Positions 35,315-45,740 are shown, counted from the stretch's first letter. The stretch is 64,000 nucleotides of DNA from Candidatus Aenigmatarchaeota archaeon (GCA_023137195.1 JAGLPV010000001.1:42242-106241), one strand, 5' to 3'. Notes: generated by a model not told the origin, from the sequence alone. A program made the numbers and translations.

Positions 35315-36625
35315 ATGTTAGACATAAACCTAATCCGGAACAACAAAGAAGTAATTCTTAATGACCTGAAAAAAAGAGGAGACAAAGATCTTGTAAAGAC
35401 ACTGGATGAAATCATAGAACTGGACAAACGCCACAATGCGTTAAAAAAGCAGTTAGATGGATTAAAACATAAAAGAAACACCTCCTCCAGGGAAATATCA
35501 GAATTAATAAAACAAAAAAAAACAGCAGAAGCCCAAAACCTGAAAAAAGAAGTCAAAACATTGAGCGAGGAAATTAAGGAGAAAGACAAAGAGGAGCTTG
35601 AGCAGAGCCAGGAATTAAGGCAGTTGATGCTTCTGCTTCCAAATGTTTTACATAAAAGTGTCCCGACAGGCAAAGACGACAGTGAGAACTTAGAGATAAG
35701 AAAATGGGGCAAAATCAAAAAATATGACTTTCCTCTTTTGAGCCATATTGAATTAGGAGAACATCTTGATTTATTCGACCTTGAACGTGCAGCAAAGGTT
35801 GCAGGCGCGAGGTTTTATTACCTCAAAAACGATGCAGTGAAACTTGAATTTGCGCTTATTTCTTTTGCAATTGATTTTTTGAAAAAAAAAGGATTTACCC
35901 TGATGACGACTCCGATGCTTATCAAGAAAGAAGTGCTGGAAGGTGCAGGTTTTCTTCCTTCAGGGGCAGAAGAAGTATACAAAGTAGAAGGAGAAGACAA
36001 ATACCTTGTGGGTACAAGTGAGCAGGCATTGTGCGGTTATTATTCAGATGAAACCCTGCTTGAAAAGGATTTGCCTGTTAAGATATGCGGGTATTCAAGT
36101 TGTTTCAGGACCGAGGCAGGAAGCCATGGTAAGGATACAAAAGGTATATTCCGGGTGCACCAGTTTGAAAAGATAGAGATGTTTATATTCTGCCATCCGG
36201 ACAAGTCATGGGAAGAGCATGAAAAGCTGATAAACACAGCAGAGGAAATTACACAGTTACTGGAGATTCCATATCATGTAGTAAACATATGCACCGGAGA
36301 TATCGGTGTGGTCGCCGCTAAAAAGTATGATATAGAAGCATGGTTTCCTTCACAGAATGCGTACAGGGAAATTGTCTCGTGTAGCAACTGTACAGATTAC
36401 CAGGCGAGGAGGACGAACATAAAGTACAGGAAAGAAGAGGGAACTGCTCCTCTTGGGGTTGTGCATACATTGAATAGTACTTCTATTGCAGTTAGTAGGA
36501 TAATCGTTGCAATATTGGAAAACTATCAGCAGAAAGACAAGTCAATCAAGATTCCAAAGGTTCTCCAGAAATATTTTGGAGCAGATAAAATTGAGAAAGA
36601 GACATATAAGAGAGTATGCCGATAA
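35315..36625 (+). CDS. serS: Seryl-tRNA synthetase
   Basis: N-terminal coiled-coil arm plus class II motifs (FYYLKNDAVKLEFALI, CFRTEAGSHGKDTKGIFRVHQFEKIE, GARFYYL, TLNSTSIAVSR). Confidence 0.95.
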   Translation: MLDINLIRNNKEVILNDLKKRGDKDLVKTLDEIIELDKRHNALKKQLDGLKHKRNTSSREISELIKQKKTAEAQNLKKEVKTLSEEIKEKDKEELEQSQELRQLMLLLPNVLHKSVPTGKDDSENLEIRKWGKIKKYDFPLLSHIELGEHLDLFDLERAAKVAGARFYYLKNDAVKLEFALISFAIDFLKKKGFTLMTTPMLIKKEVLEGAGFLPSGAEEVYKVEGEDKYLVGTSEQALCGYYSDETLLEKDLPVKICGYSSCFRTEAGSHGKDTKGIFRVHQFEKIEMFIFCHPDKSWEEHEKLINTAEEITQLLEIPYHVVNICTGDIGVVAAKKYDIEAWFPSQNAYREIVSCSNCTDYQARRTNIKYRKEEGTAPLGVVHTLNSTSIAVSRIIVAILENYQQKDKSIKIPKVLQKYFGADKIEKETYKRVCR

Positions 36626-37824
36626 TATTGCTTCTTGATATTCTTATTTGTTGTTTTTTGGGCATTGTTGGGGGTATTTTTACCGGGCTTTTGCCGGCTG
36701 TACATATTAATCTTGTTGCGATAATCATCTTGTCTGCTTTTAGTGCTTCAAATTTTAACCCGGTTCTTTTGGCTGTTTTTATTTGTTCTATGGCGATTGC
36801 CCATTCTTTCCTGGATTTTATCCCGTCTCTTGTTTTCGGGATGCCGTCCGGCGATACTGCTCTTGCTATGCTTCCGGGGCATAGGCTGCTCAAAAAGGGA
36901 AGAGGGAAAGAAGCAATTTTTTTGAGCGCATGCGGCGGTCTGATTGCGTACATAATGTTTGTTTTGTTTTTTGTGTTTTCATTGTATAAACTCATTCCAT
37001 TGGTTTATTCGGTTATTGCAGAGCATATTGCATGGATTCTTATTTTGTGCGTCGGGGCGATTATTTTTTTGTCCAAAAACAGGGTTGCATCATCGTTTTG
37101 TTTTATTCTGGCCGGTATTTATGGGATTGCGTGTTTTGATTCTCCTGTAAGCAGCAGTCACATAATGCTTCCAATGCTGTCGGGATTGTTTGGGTTCAGT
37201 AATCTTATACTAAGTATATCACAAAAAGCAAAGATTCCAAAGCAAAAGACAACCATTCCATTGCTGGATAAAATGAAATTGATAAAATCAAGTTTTACCG
37301 GGCTGGTTGCGGGCATTGTTGCCGGATTTCTGCCGGGTTTCGGGAGCAGTCAGTCTGGGTTTCTTGTTGAAAAATTCGCTTCAAAAAATAACTCAAAATA
37401 TTTTATCTCGACATTGGGGGCAATAAATACTATTGATTTGATTATGTCGATTATGTGTATTTATCTGATTTCAAGGGCAAGGAGCGGCAGTGCTATTGCA
37501 ATTGAAAAACTCGTCGGGATGATTGAATATAGCCACGTTGTTTTATTTATTGGAGTCGGTGCAATAAGTGCGACTGTTTCGTTTTTTCTTGTGATGAAGG
37601 CAGGCGATTTGGCATTGAAATATGTTAGTAGGATAAATTATACTTTGTTTAATGTATCAATGCTTGTGTTTGCAGGTTCTGTGGTTTTGTATTTTACAGG
37701 GGGTTATGGATTGTTTATTTGTTTTACAGGTACTGCTCTTGGGATATACACGAGAATTTCTAATGTGAGATTGAGTATTTTGATGGGGTGTTTGATTATT
37801 CCTGTGATTTTGGCAGGGCTGTGA
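36616..37824 (+). CDS. Polytopic membrane protein, TctA/DUF112-like
   Basis: 402 aa with about 10 or more TM segments. GMPSGDTALAMLPGHRLLKKG resembles the DUF112 signature. It overlaps the serS stop by 10 nt. Confidence 0.55.
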   Translation: MPIILLLDILICCFLGIVGGIFTGLLPAVHINLVAIIILSAFSASNFNPVLLAVFICSMAIAHSFLDFIPSLVFGMPSGDTALAMLPGHRLLKKGRGKEAIFLSACGGLIAYIMFVLFFVFSLYKLIPLVYSVIAEHIAWILILCVGAIIFLSKNRVASSFCFILAGIYGIACFDSPVSSSHIMLPMLSGLFGFSNLILSISQKAKIPKQKTTIPLLDKMKLIKSSFTGLVAGIVAGFLPGFGSSQSGFLVEKFASKNNSKYFISTLGAINTIDLIMSIMCIYLISRARSGSAIAIEKLVGMIEYSHVVLFIGVGAISATVSFFLVMKAGDLALKYVSRINYTLFNVSMLVFAGSVVLYFTGGYGLFICFTGTALGIYTRISNVRLSILMGCLIIPVILAGL

Positions 37825-39003
37825 TTATTTTACTTTTATTAGCCATACGACATCGTAGTAGGGAGGTAATGATGAAGCACTACTAGTTCTCATATGAGGT
37901 CTGTTGGAATTACTACCCCAATTAAAGGCTATGGATCCTGCTGCGGATGAACCTCCACCATACCCCCATGTGGCCTTTAAGTGATGACCATCACCACCAA
38001 ATACTACAGGAGATAGATGACTATGTGATGCTGAACCACCCGTTCCACCAGAAGTATCTGCCCCTCGAAGGAACTGGTTCTGTCCATTTAAATTAGGCGT
38101 TGTTGTTATTACAGCGCCGATTAGTCCCTGTGCTGCCGGCGTTGTCCCGTCACAAAAAGCCCATCCGTCTGCCTGCAATTCTGCAAGTGCTGCTGCACCA
38201 GCATAATCTTTCAGGAAAGAGATAACAGTTCCTATGGGAACTCCACCCCCACTACCTAAAGAATCAACATAATTTTTTGTTACTGCATCTGAGTCAGCTG
38301 TTGGCGTTGCCAGGTTTTCTATCTTATTGTTGTTCATGTCTATATTTCCACTTATACTTGCACTATTCATTTCACAAACAGCATCTGCACTGCAGGATTC
38401 GGCATTGCTTGCAGAACCTCCTTCAGAAGACGAAACAGCCCAACTGAACTGGACTTTAGATGCAGTTACTGCATCATCTCGTATATCTGTCGTATCAATG
38501 CATGTGGTGCAACTTAAATCATTTACTGAGTCAATATCTCTGCTACTCATATCTAAATTCCCGTTTTCTATTTTTACACCGAGATTTCCTATGGGACCAG
38601 AAAAATGACCAGAATATCCATTTTGTGCCCATCCTTTTACTCCGTAAGAATCTGCTCCTCCTGTAGCTCTTCCGCTTATGGCGGCAGAACCCACAGCAGC
38701 ACTGGTTTCTCCATAAACACCTGAAGCAGAATCGCTTGTTGTGACACCCATCACTCCATCTCCGGCAGAACTTGTTCCCTGTATGGCACTTCCTGAAGTT
38801 ACAGTAGAATCAAAAGTTTTGAATGAATAAATCATGGTCTTTGTGACATTAAAGTAATCCCATGTGTCTTCCCATGCACCTGCTGTCAGGCTTATTTCAT
38901 CCCATCCGAAGAATTGCAGGGGCGCAATCCTACCTGCATTAGCATTGAAAGAAAAAAGAACAAGGCATATTAGAGATATCAAAATAATGTTTTTCGTTTT
39001 CAT
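37825..39003 (-). CDS. Secreted Gly/Ser/Ala-rich protein with a C-terminal phage tail-collar-like domain
   Basis: Signal peptide (LISLICLVLFSFNANA). Repeats of the GV.GV/GVYGETS type. The C-terminus is PIGTVISFLKDYAG...GWAFCDGT...TPNLNGQNQFLRGADTSGGTGGSASHSH, matching the tail-collar (MdpB-like) pattern G.I..F......GW..CDG......PNL.G.F.RG. Confidence 0.7.
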   Translation of the reverse strand: MKTKNIILISLICLVLFSFNANAGRIAPLQFFGWDEISLTAGAWEDTWDYFNVTKTMIYSFKTFDSTVTSGSAIQGTSSAGDGVMGVTTSDSASGVYGETSAAVGSAAISGRATGGADSYGVKGWAQNGYSGHFSGPIGNLGVKIENGNLDMSSRDIDSVNDLSCTTCIDTTDIRDDAVTASKVQFSWAVSSSEGGSASNAESCSADAVCEMNSASISGNIDMNNNKIENLATPTADSDAVTKNYVDSLGSGGGVPIGTVISFLKDYAGAAALAELQADGWAFCDGTTPAAQGLIGAVITTTPNLNGQNQFLRGADTSGGTGGSASHSHLSPVVFGGDGHHLKATWGYGGGSSAAGSIAFNWGSNSNRPHMRTSSASSLPPYYDVVWLIKVK

Positions 39004-39101
39004 ATCGTATTGTATACGCCATACATTTATATATATTTTATTTTAATCAATTAAAAGTAAAGAAATATAAGGTTTATGTATCCATTTTTGATAAGAGGAT
39101 A

Positions 39102-40919
39102 ATGATGAAAATTAATGAATGGTTTGAAAAAAACAGATTCAAAGCCACCAGTTTCTCTAACATAAAGCGTCTTTTGGGTTTAAAGAAGGAGAAGGGCGTG
39201 ACCATTAGTCTTTGTATACCAACAATGAATGAAGCGGAGACGATAGGGAAGGTTATAGATGTTATTAAGCCAAAGCTCATGGATAAATACGGGCTTCTGG
39301 ACGAAATCATCGTGTTGGATGGTGGCTCAACAGATGCAACAAAAGAAATTGTGGAAAAAAAAGGAGTCAAATTTTTTTATGATTATGAGATACTAAAAAG
39401 ATACAGGACTGTGGGTGGTAAAGGAGATGCTCTTTGGAAAGCTTTGTATGTTTCAAAAGGAGATATTATTGTTTATGTTGATGCAGATATAAAAAATATC
39501 CATACTAGATTTGTATATGGTCTTGTCGGGCCGCTTCTTTCAAACGATAAGATTGGGTTTGTCAAGGCATTTTACAGGAGACCAATAAAGGTAGGAGGAC
39601 AGATAATGCCATTGGGTGGCGGTAGGGTGACGGAACTTTTGATTAGACCTCTTTTCAATATGTATTTTCCACGCCTTAGTGCATTCATACAGCCGCTTTC
39701 AGGAGAGTATGCGGGCAGAAGAGAAATTCTTGAGAAAGTCTCTTTCTTTACAGGATATGGGGTTGAGACAGGGCTTTTAATTGATATAAATAAGAAGTTC
39801 GGGCTGAAGAGCATGGCACAGGCAAACCTTAAAAAAAGGGTTCACAGGAACCAGAGTCTTGCTTCTTTGAGCAACATGTCTTTTGGTATATTACAGGTAT
39901 TTGCCAAGAGAGCAAATACACTGGGAAAATTGATTCAGGTAAAAAATATAAGGCGTAGTTACAAGGTCATAGAAAGATACAGCGATGAAAACAATAAGAT
40001 GGATTACCAAATAAAACCCAAGATAATAAAAGAAAAGCAGAGGCCACCCATGATAACAATCAGCGAGTATAGAAAGAAGTTTAAAAAAGAGGCGGATCCC
40101 GTGTGGGAAACTTACAATATGCAAAAAATAGTTTATACTGATCTTGACGGGACGTTGATTAATCATCATACTTATTCTTATGAGGATTCTCTTGAGGCAA
40201 TAAATCTCTTAAAAAAGAACAAGGTGCCTATTGTGATATGCACAAGCAAGACACGCGTAGAAATTGAAAGATTCCGGGAGGAATTAAATATAACAGATCC
40301 TTTTATTTCTGAAAATGGAGGAGCTATTTTCATTCCAAAGGACTATTTTAACTTTGATTTCAATTACGATAAAGAGACTCCAGAGTATAAAATAATTGAG
40401 CTCGGGACATCGATAAATTTCCTTTTAAAGTCCTTGGACAAAATCAAAAAGAAAGGATATAAGATAGTTAATTTTTCGGGTATGTCTGCAGAAGAACTTT
40501 CAAAAGATTCAGGATTGGATTTGGAAGCTGCGAAAGGAGCTAAGATGAGAGAGTATGATGAGGCTTTTAAGATAGAGGATGAGAGTCAAAAAGATGAAAT
40601 TCTTGAGTTGATTGAAAAAGAAGGGTATAACTATACTGCAGGAGGAAGATATTATCATCTCTTAAGAGGAAATGACAAGGGAAAAGCGGTTTTGTTATTA
40701 AAAGATTTGTTCAGGAAAAAATACGCGGAAGAGGAGAAAAATATAAAGACCATAGGATTGGGAGATGGCTTAAATGACATACCTATGCTGGGTGCGGTAG
40801 ACATACCTATTCTCGTAAAAAATCCAGCTCACCCTAAAATAGCCATCAATTTTAATGTAAAGAGAACAAGACTTGTCGGACCAAAAGGGTGGAACAAGGC
40901 AATAAAAGAATTATTCTAG
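39102..40919 (+). CDS. Fusion of a glucosyl-3-phosphoglycerate synthase-like glycosyltransferase with a HAD-IIB (mannosyl/glucosyl-3-phosphoglycerate phosphatase-like) domain
   Basis: The N-terminal ~330 aa contain SLCIPTMNEAETIGKVI, GGKGDALWKAL, VDADI and GEYAGRREIL (GpgS-like). The C-terminus has HAD motif I YTDLDGT (DLD at 40140-40148), CTSKT, and motif IV GDGLND. Confidence 0.8.
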   Translation: MMKINEWFEKNRFKATSFSNIKRLLGLKKEKGVTISLCIPTMNEAETIGKVIDVIKPKLMDKYGLLDEIIVLDGGSTDATKEIVEKKGVKFFYDYEILKRYRTVGGKGDALWKALYVSKGDIIVYVDADIKNIHTRFVYGLVGPLLSNDKIGFVKAFYRRPIKVGGQIMPLGGGRVTELLIRPLFNMYFPRLSAFIQPLSGEYAGRREILEKVSFFTGYGVETGLLIDINKKFGLKSMAQANLKKRVHRNQSLASLSNMSFGILQVFAKRANTLGKLIQVKNIRRSYKVIERYSDENNKMDYQIKPKIIKEKQRPPMITISEYRKKFKKEADPVWETYNMQKIVYTDLDGTLINHHTYSYEDSLEAINLLKKNKVPIVICTSKTRVEIERFREELNITDPFISENGGAIFIPKDYFNFDFNYDKETPEYKIIELGTSINFLLKSLDKIKKKGYKIVNFSGMSAEELSKDSGLDLEAAKGAKMREYDEAFKIEDESQKDEILELIEKEGYNYTAGGRYYHLLRGNDKGKAVLLLKDLFRKKYAEEEKNIKTIGLGDGLNDIPMLGAVDIPILVKNPAHPKIAINFNVKRTRLVGPKGWNKAIKELF

Positions 40920-42103
40920 ACAAGTTTTTTTTCTTTCAGCTTAAGATATGCAAGCATGTATTCGGTGTGAGCCCATGTAAGGGGTATAACCCAATAAGCC
41001 ACATCGTTTTTTTTGAAATCTACAGAACGCATAACTTTTTCGGCTTCTTTTCTTCGTCCGCTTTTATAATACCTGCCGACTTCTTTTGCTTCATTTTGCC
41101 ATATTAAAAAGTCTTCTTTTGTGGAGACATGTTCTGGTATAAGCCCGCCTTTGTTGTATTTCATGAACCAGTCAAAATACTTTTTTGCGTTTTTTAGGTC
41201 TCCTTCATCCAGGTAATACTGCGCCATCCATCCGGTGTACATGCCATATGGACCGTATCCCCCATTATTCCTGCCGGGTTTTCCGTGTTTTCTCATGTGT
41301 CTGCGTATGCCGCCCAGTTTTTTGTCATAAAGTTCTTTTTCGATATACTCTGCGGTATTTTTTATAATCCTGTTGTTTGGAGGCAGCAACTCAAGAATAT
41401 ACATGCCTAACTCAGATATATCAGCATCATATATATTTTTGTTGTTTGTCAACTTGATGAAATGCCCGTCCTTTACTAATTTCTTCATGATGGCGTCTTT
41501 GAGTTCTTCTTCGATTTCCATCCATTTGCGTTTATCTTCGTGCTCTCCAAGTAGTTCTGCAATCTCCCGGCTTGCCTTGAAGCCGGCGCAAGCGCATGAA
41601 TTTGCCCATATCTCAAATCCTGCTTCCATGGGAGGCCATTCATGTATAGAATTCATTGAATATACAAGTCGCTCTTCCTTTATGAAATGCTCTTCTAAAA
41701 AACGCGTTCCCAGATAAATGGCGTTCCAATGTTTTTTTAGGAAATCTATGTCTTTGGTGTGGTCGTAATATTTTTTTATCATGTAAAGGACCAGCCCATT
41801 ACAGTCGACCTGGGATGGTCTGTAGCTTGCAGGTTTACCGTCAGGAGTATATCTTTGGTGCCATTCGCCTGTTTCTCCTACAAGACCTAAAACAAATTTA
41901 AGCGTTTTTTTTACCTTTCTGTATTGACCTGCTTCAAGCATGGTTCGAAGTATCAGCATGCAATCCCGAGGATAAAGATACGGGTATCTTCTGTCTTTTG
42001 GACTTGCAAGAATCGCACCATTTTTCATGGTCACCGAATCTATAACTTCCAGACTCTTCAAATATATATTTTCAAGTTCTTTCTTTTCATTTTCATCAAA
42101 CAT
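40916..42103 (-). CDS. Glycoside hydrolase, GH15 (glucoamylase/glucodextranase-like) catalytic domain
   Basis: GAILASPKDRRYPYLYPRDCMLILRTMLEAGQY is typical of the GH15 (alpha/alpha)6 barrel. Convergent with the previous gene, with stop codons overlapping in TCTAGA. Confidence 0.7.
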   Translation of the reverse strand: MFDENEKKELENIYLKSLEVIDSVTMKNGAILASPKDRRYPYLYPRDCMLILRTMLEAGQYRKVKKTLKFVLGLVGETGEWHQRYTPDGKPASYRPSQVDCNGLVLYMIKKYYDHTKDIDFLKKHWNAIYLGTRFLEEHFIKEERLVYSMNSIHEWPPMEAGFEIWANSCACAGFKASREIAELLGEHEDKRKWMEIEEELKDAIMKKLVKDGHFIKLTNNKNIYDADISELGMYILELLPPNNRIIKNTAEYIEKELYDKKLGGIRRHMRKHGKPGRNNGGYGPYGMYTGWMAQYYLDEGDLKNAKKYFDWFMKYNKGGLIPEHVSTKEDFLIWQNEAKEVGRYYKSGRRKEAEKVMRSVDFKKNDVAYWVIPLTWAHTEYMLAYLKLKEKKLV

Positions 42104-42325
42104 ATCAGCACCCTATAAATCGTTAAATAAGCATAATCTCTCAGTTTTTCCTTTTTCCATAAGAACACATTTTCATATAATATTTTTTTATATGTATTTA
42201 TTAATATATAAGCTTTTCGCTTATTTTAACTTGATGTAATATCCTAATATTATTGCATGGTGAATTTAATTTAAATCAAAAAGTCTAATAAATTAGATTT
42301 TTAATATGATTCTTTTTATAATTTT

Positions 42326-43009
42326 ATGAGAATAGGAGCATTGCTTTCAGGGGGGAAGGACTCTTTGTTTGCACTTTATTTAATGAAGCAAAAAAAGCAT
42401 GACATTTCATGTGTCATGACAATGAAGCCCGTGTCGGATGAGAGTTATATGTTTCATTATCCAAATATCGATCTTGTAAAGACACAGGCAAAGCTCATGG
42501 ACATTCCTTATATTGAAAATACAACAAAGGGCGAAAAAGAGAAAGAATTATCTGACTTAGAAGCACTCATAAAAGAAGCAAAAGAAAAATACAACTTTGA
42601 TGGCATCTGTACTGGAGCGATAAATAGCAATTACCAGAAATCAAGAATTGATGCAATTGCAGGAAAACTTGAATTAAAGTCATTTGCTCCTTTGTGGGAA
42701 AGAGACCCGGAATCTTTGCTTAAAGAGATGTTTGACAGCAATTTTGAAATCATCATCACCAATGTTGCGGCAGAGGGGCTGGATGAGAGTTATCTGGGCA
42801 AGAATTTAAAGGATGTTTTTGAGCATTTGAAAGAATTAAATCAAAAATATGCCCTTCATATGGCAGGAGAGGGTGGAGAGTATGAGACTCTGGTATTGTA
42901 CTGCCCTCTTTTCAGCAAGAAAATCTCTGTATTGGAGAGTAAAAAAATCACTGATAAAAAAACAGGCAGCGCTATGCTGTTGATTGAGAAAATAGCTCAA
43001 AATGAATAA
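42326..43009 (+). CDS. N-type ATP pyrophosphatase, DUF71 / diphthine-ammonia ligase (Dph6)-like
   Basis: MRIGALLSGGKDSLFAL PP-loop and GEGGEYETLVL near the C-terminus. Confidence 0.8.
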   Translation: MRIGALLSGGKDSLFALYLMKQKKHDISCVMTMKPVSDESYMFHYPNIDLVKTQAKLMDIPYIENTTKGEKEKELSDLEALIKEAKEKYNFDGICTGAINSNYQKSRIDAIAGKLELKSFAPLWERDPESLLKEMFDSNFEIIITNVAAEGLDESYLGKNLKDVFEHLKELNQKYALHMAGEGGEYETLVLYCPLFSKKISVLESKKITDKKTGSAMLLIEKIAQNE

Positions 43010-43132
43010 AAAACATCTAAAATCACTTCTGGATGCTTAAATAAGGGGTTATAATAGTAAAGCGATAAAAAACCAGCTTTTTAAGCACCAAAACATTTAT
43101 AAATATCAGATTGCTAAAATTATAAACTAAAA

Positions 43133-43621
43133 GTGATAAATATGAATTTCAATACAATGATATCAAATATGCAAAACCTTGGCTTTTACGACTTTGTACT
43201 GCCTTGGTTGTTGTTTTTGTGCATAATATATGTAATAATGCTAAAAGCACCGTTCTTACAGGACAGAGAAGTAGATAAAAAGAGAGTGTCCATTTTAATA
43301 GCCGCAATAATTTCCTTCTTTATAATAAACTATCCGGTTGCAGGGTCTTCTTTTGGAGTGTACTTGACCGTATTGTTTGGAAATACAGGTATGTATATTG
43401 CAGCAGGTCTGGTATTGATAATACTACTGGGAATGTTTGGAATAAATATAGGTGATTTAGGAGAAAAAAAATACATTGGTTGGACTATATTGCTTGCAGT
43501 AATAATACTATTCCTTTATGGTGGATCTACTATAGGTACAATGGCAATATCATCATCTATGTTATCTGTAGTATTTGTGGTATTACTAATGCTGGCAGCA
43601 ATGTATTTCATTAGTGGATAA
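43133..43621 (+). CDS. Small polytopic membrane protein, unknown function
   Basis: 162 aa with four or five hydrophobic segments. It overlaps the next gene by 8 nt. Confidence 0.55.
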   Translation: MINMNFNTMISNMQNLGFYDFVLPWLLFLCIIYVIMLKAPFLQDREVDKKRVSILIAAIISFFIINYPVAGSSFGVYLTVLFGNTGMYIAAGLVLIILLGMFGINIGDLGEKKYIGWTILLAVIILFLYGGSTIGTMAISSSMLSVVFVVLLMLAAMYFISG

Positions 43622-44756
43622 ATCTAACAAGACATTTTCTTTTTTTATGTCTTTTTTTTCTTATTTTAAAAATATTTTTTGTTTTGAAAATAAAAGGTCT
43701 TTTTCTGTTGAAGAGCAGGTACAGGAGTATTTGAATAAAGAGCAAAGGCAGGTCGTAGAAGAAATAAAGGAGATTTTTAGCGAAAAGGATAATTTTGTTT
43801 TGTTCGTACATAAAAATGCTGACCCGGACTCTTTATGCAGTGCAATTGTTCTTGCATCTGTATTAAAGGGATTAGGCAAGAAGGCAAGAGTTGTTGCATT
43901 GGAAAGAATAAACAGCCAGTCCAAAAAGATCATATCACATTACCCATATCCTGTTTCATATGACTATGATTTTAACAATGAAGAAAGTGACGATGTGTAT
44001 TTGATTTTGGATGCCCCTGATTTTTCTTCCATACGTCCCGACATTAAAATCCCGGAACATAAAAAAATAATAATTATAGATCATCACAATCCCTCCAAAA
44101 AAAAGTACAAGAGTGAAGTAAAATTTATAGATTCAAATGCATCATCGACAGCAGTTCTTGTTTATATGCTGGTAAAATTCATCGATTATAGGATTACAAG
44201 AGAGATTGCGGTATTTTTGCTTCTGGGGATTGTTGCAGACACGGGATTTTTAAAGCGGACAAATAACATAGATTTTATTGCTCTTTTTGAACTAACACAG
44301 TATGAGTGCATAAATAATATTTCTACTTTGTTAAAGAAAGAAAAAGACATGAACGAACGTCTGGAGAACTTAAAAGCATTATCGAGATTGAAAATATATC
44401 AATTTGGTGATGATCTGTTGGTAGGATATACTTATGCTGGTTCTTATGGAGCATCCATTGCATTGTCGCACATGTATGCAGGTTGCGATGTCATATTTGT
44501 TGAAACAAGAGGTAAGAATAATATGTCATTGAGTGCCAGATCAAGAAGGCATCTTGAAAATAGACTTAATCTTGCGACATTAATACATAATATTGCCAGA
44601 AAATACAGAGATTATAAGGGTACTGGTGGAGGTCATAGGACAGCTGCTTCCATGCAACTGATGGTGTCTAACAAAATTTCTATAAATTTAGAGGGGCAAA
44701 TAATACACTCTCTTGAGAAATCACTGGATAAAAAGTCCAAAGTCATAAAAATATAG
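43614..44756 (+). CDS. DHH/DHHA1 phosphoesterase (NrnA/RecJ-like)
   Basis: DHH motifs HKNADPDSLCSA, LDAPD, IIIDHHN and GIVADTGF, plus the DHHA1 motif GGGHRTAAS. The true start may be an internal Met. Confidence 0.85.
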   Translation: MDKSNKTFSFFMSFFSYFKNIFCFENKRSFSVEEQVQEYLNKEQRQVVEEIKEIFSEKDNFVLFVHKNADPDSLCSAIVLASVLKGLGKKARVVALERINSQSKKIISHYPYPVSYDYDFNNEESDDVYLILDAPDFSSIRPDIKIPEHKKIIIIDHHNPSKKKYKSEVKFIDSNASSTAVLVYMLVKFIDYRITREIAVFLLLGIVADTGFLKRTNNIDFIALFELTQYECINNISTLLKKEKDMNERLENLKALSRLKIYQFGDDLLVGYTYAGSYGASIALSHMYAGCDVIFVETRGKNNMSLSARSRRHLENRLNLATLIHNIARKYRDYKGTGGGHRTAASMQLMVSNKISINLEGQIIHSLEKSLDKKSKVIKI

Positions 44757-44879
44757 AATAGATTGAAAAACAGTAAAAACAGTCGCACAAAATGAATTTT
44801 TGTGTCGTAAATGTAGTTCTATGCTGGTTTATATTGCAGCTAAAACATTTTTATATAATTAATATACACTTAATTTATA

Positions 44880-45740
44880 ATGGAAAAAAAAACTGGTTTT
44901 TTAAAAGATAAGAATAAGCGGAATTTTGTTTATGTTTTAATGGCGAGTTTATTTTCAGCGGTGATTTTGCAGATAATAAAATTTTATTTTATTGATATTT
45001 TAACCAAAACTGTTTCCTCCCTGTTTGATGTTTTTTCTGTTTTTGTTCTTGTCGTTCCAATTTCAGTCCTGATTTATAATGCCAGAAAAAGAGAAAAAGA
45101 AAGAGAAAGGATATTTCCTATATTTTTAAAGGACATAGTCGAGGGGATACGAGGGGGCATGAGCCTTCCTCTTGCCATAGACAATACATCCCTCAATAAT
45201 TATGGTGTTTTGACAGAAGATGTAAAAAAACTGGCGTCGAAAATATCCTGGGGAATTCCATTTGAGCGGGCGTTTCTTGATTTTTCAAGAAATACAAAAA
45301 GCAAAGTTATAAGACGTTCTATTGCCACAATAATTGAAGTTTACAGGAGTGGTGGAAAAATAGCAGATGTGTTGGACTCTGTGGGAAATTCTGCTTTTGA
45401 AATAGAGTTCCTGAGAAAGGAGCGGGAGTCAACAATCTCTTCGCAGGTAATAAGAGGTTATCTGATTTTTTTTATTTTTGTCCTTGTGCTGGTCGGGATG
45501 TTGAAATTTCTTGTGCCTGTTTTATCGGTTCCGATGTCGACAGGCATAGAGGTATCCACCGACACTCCCCCCATAGATACTTCAAAGTATAATGTTATTT
45601 TTCTGCATATTGCAATAATAGAAGGTATTTTTACAGGGTTGTCTGTTGGAAAACTCGCAGGGGGGTCTATGAATGATGGTGTTTATCATGCTGTAATTTT
45701 AGGTCTGTCCGGGTATATAATGTTAATATTTTTTATATGA
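44880..45740 (+). CDS. T2SF-domain membrane protein (TadC/FlaJ-like pilus assembly platform)
   Basis: LKDIVEGIRGGMSLPLAIDN...WGIPFERAFLDFSRNTKSKVIRRSIATIIEVYRSGGKIADVLDSV, flanked by TM helices. Confidence 0.7.
   Translation: MEKKTGFLKDKNKRNFVYVLMASLFSAVILQIIKFYFIDILTKTVSSLFDVFSVFVLVVPISVLIYNARKREKERERIFPIFLKDIVEGIRGGMSLPLAIDNTSLNNYGVLTEDVKKLASKISWGIPFERAFLDFSRNTKSKVIRRSIATIIEVYRSGGKIADVLDSVGNSAFEIEFLRKERESTISSQVIRGYLIFFIFVLVLVGMLKFLVPVLSVPMSTGIEVSTDTPPIDTSKYNVIFLHIAIIEGIFTGLSVGKLAGGSMNDGVYHAVILGLSGYIMLIFFI

Noticed and set aside
35305-36995. Minus-strand ORFs 35305..35718 and 36546..36995 (plus smaller ones), antisense to serS and the TctA-like gene
   Set aside because: They overlap confidently called genes and have Ser/Leu-rich shadow composition.
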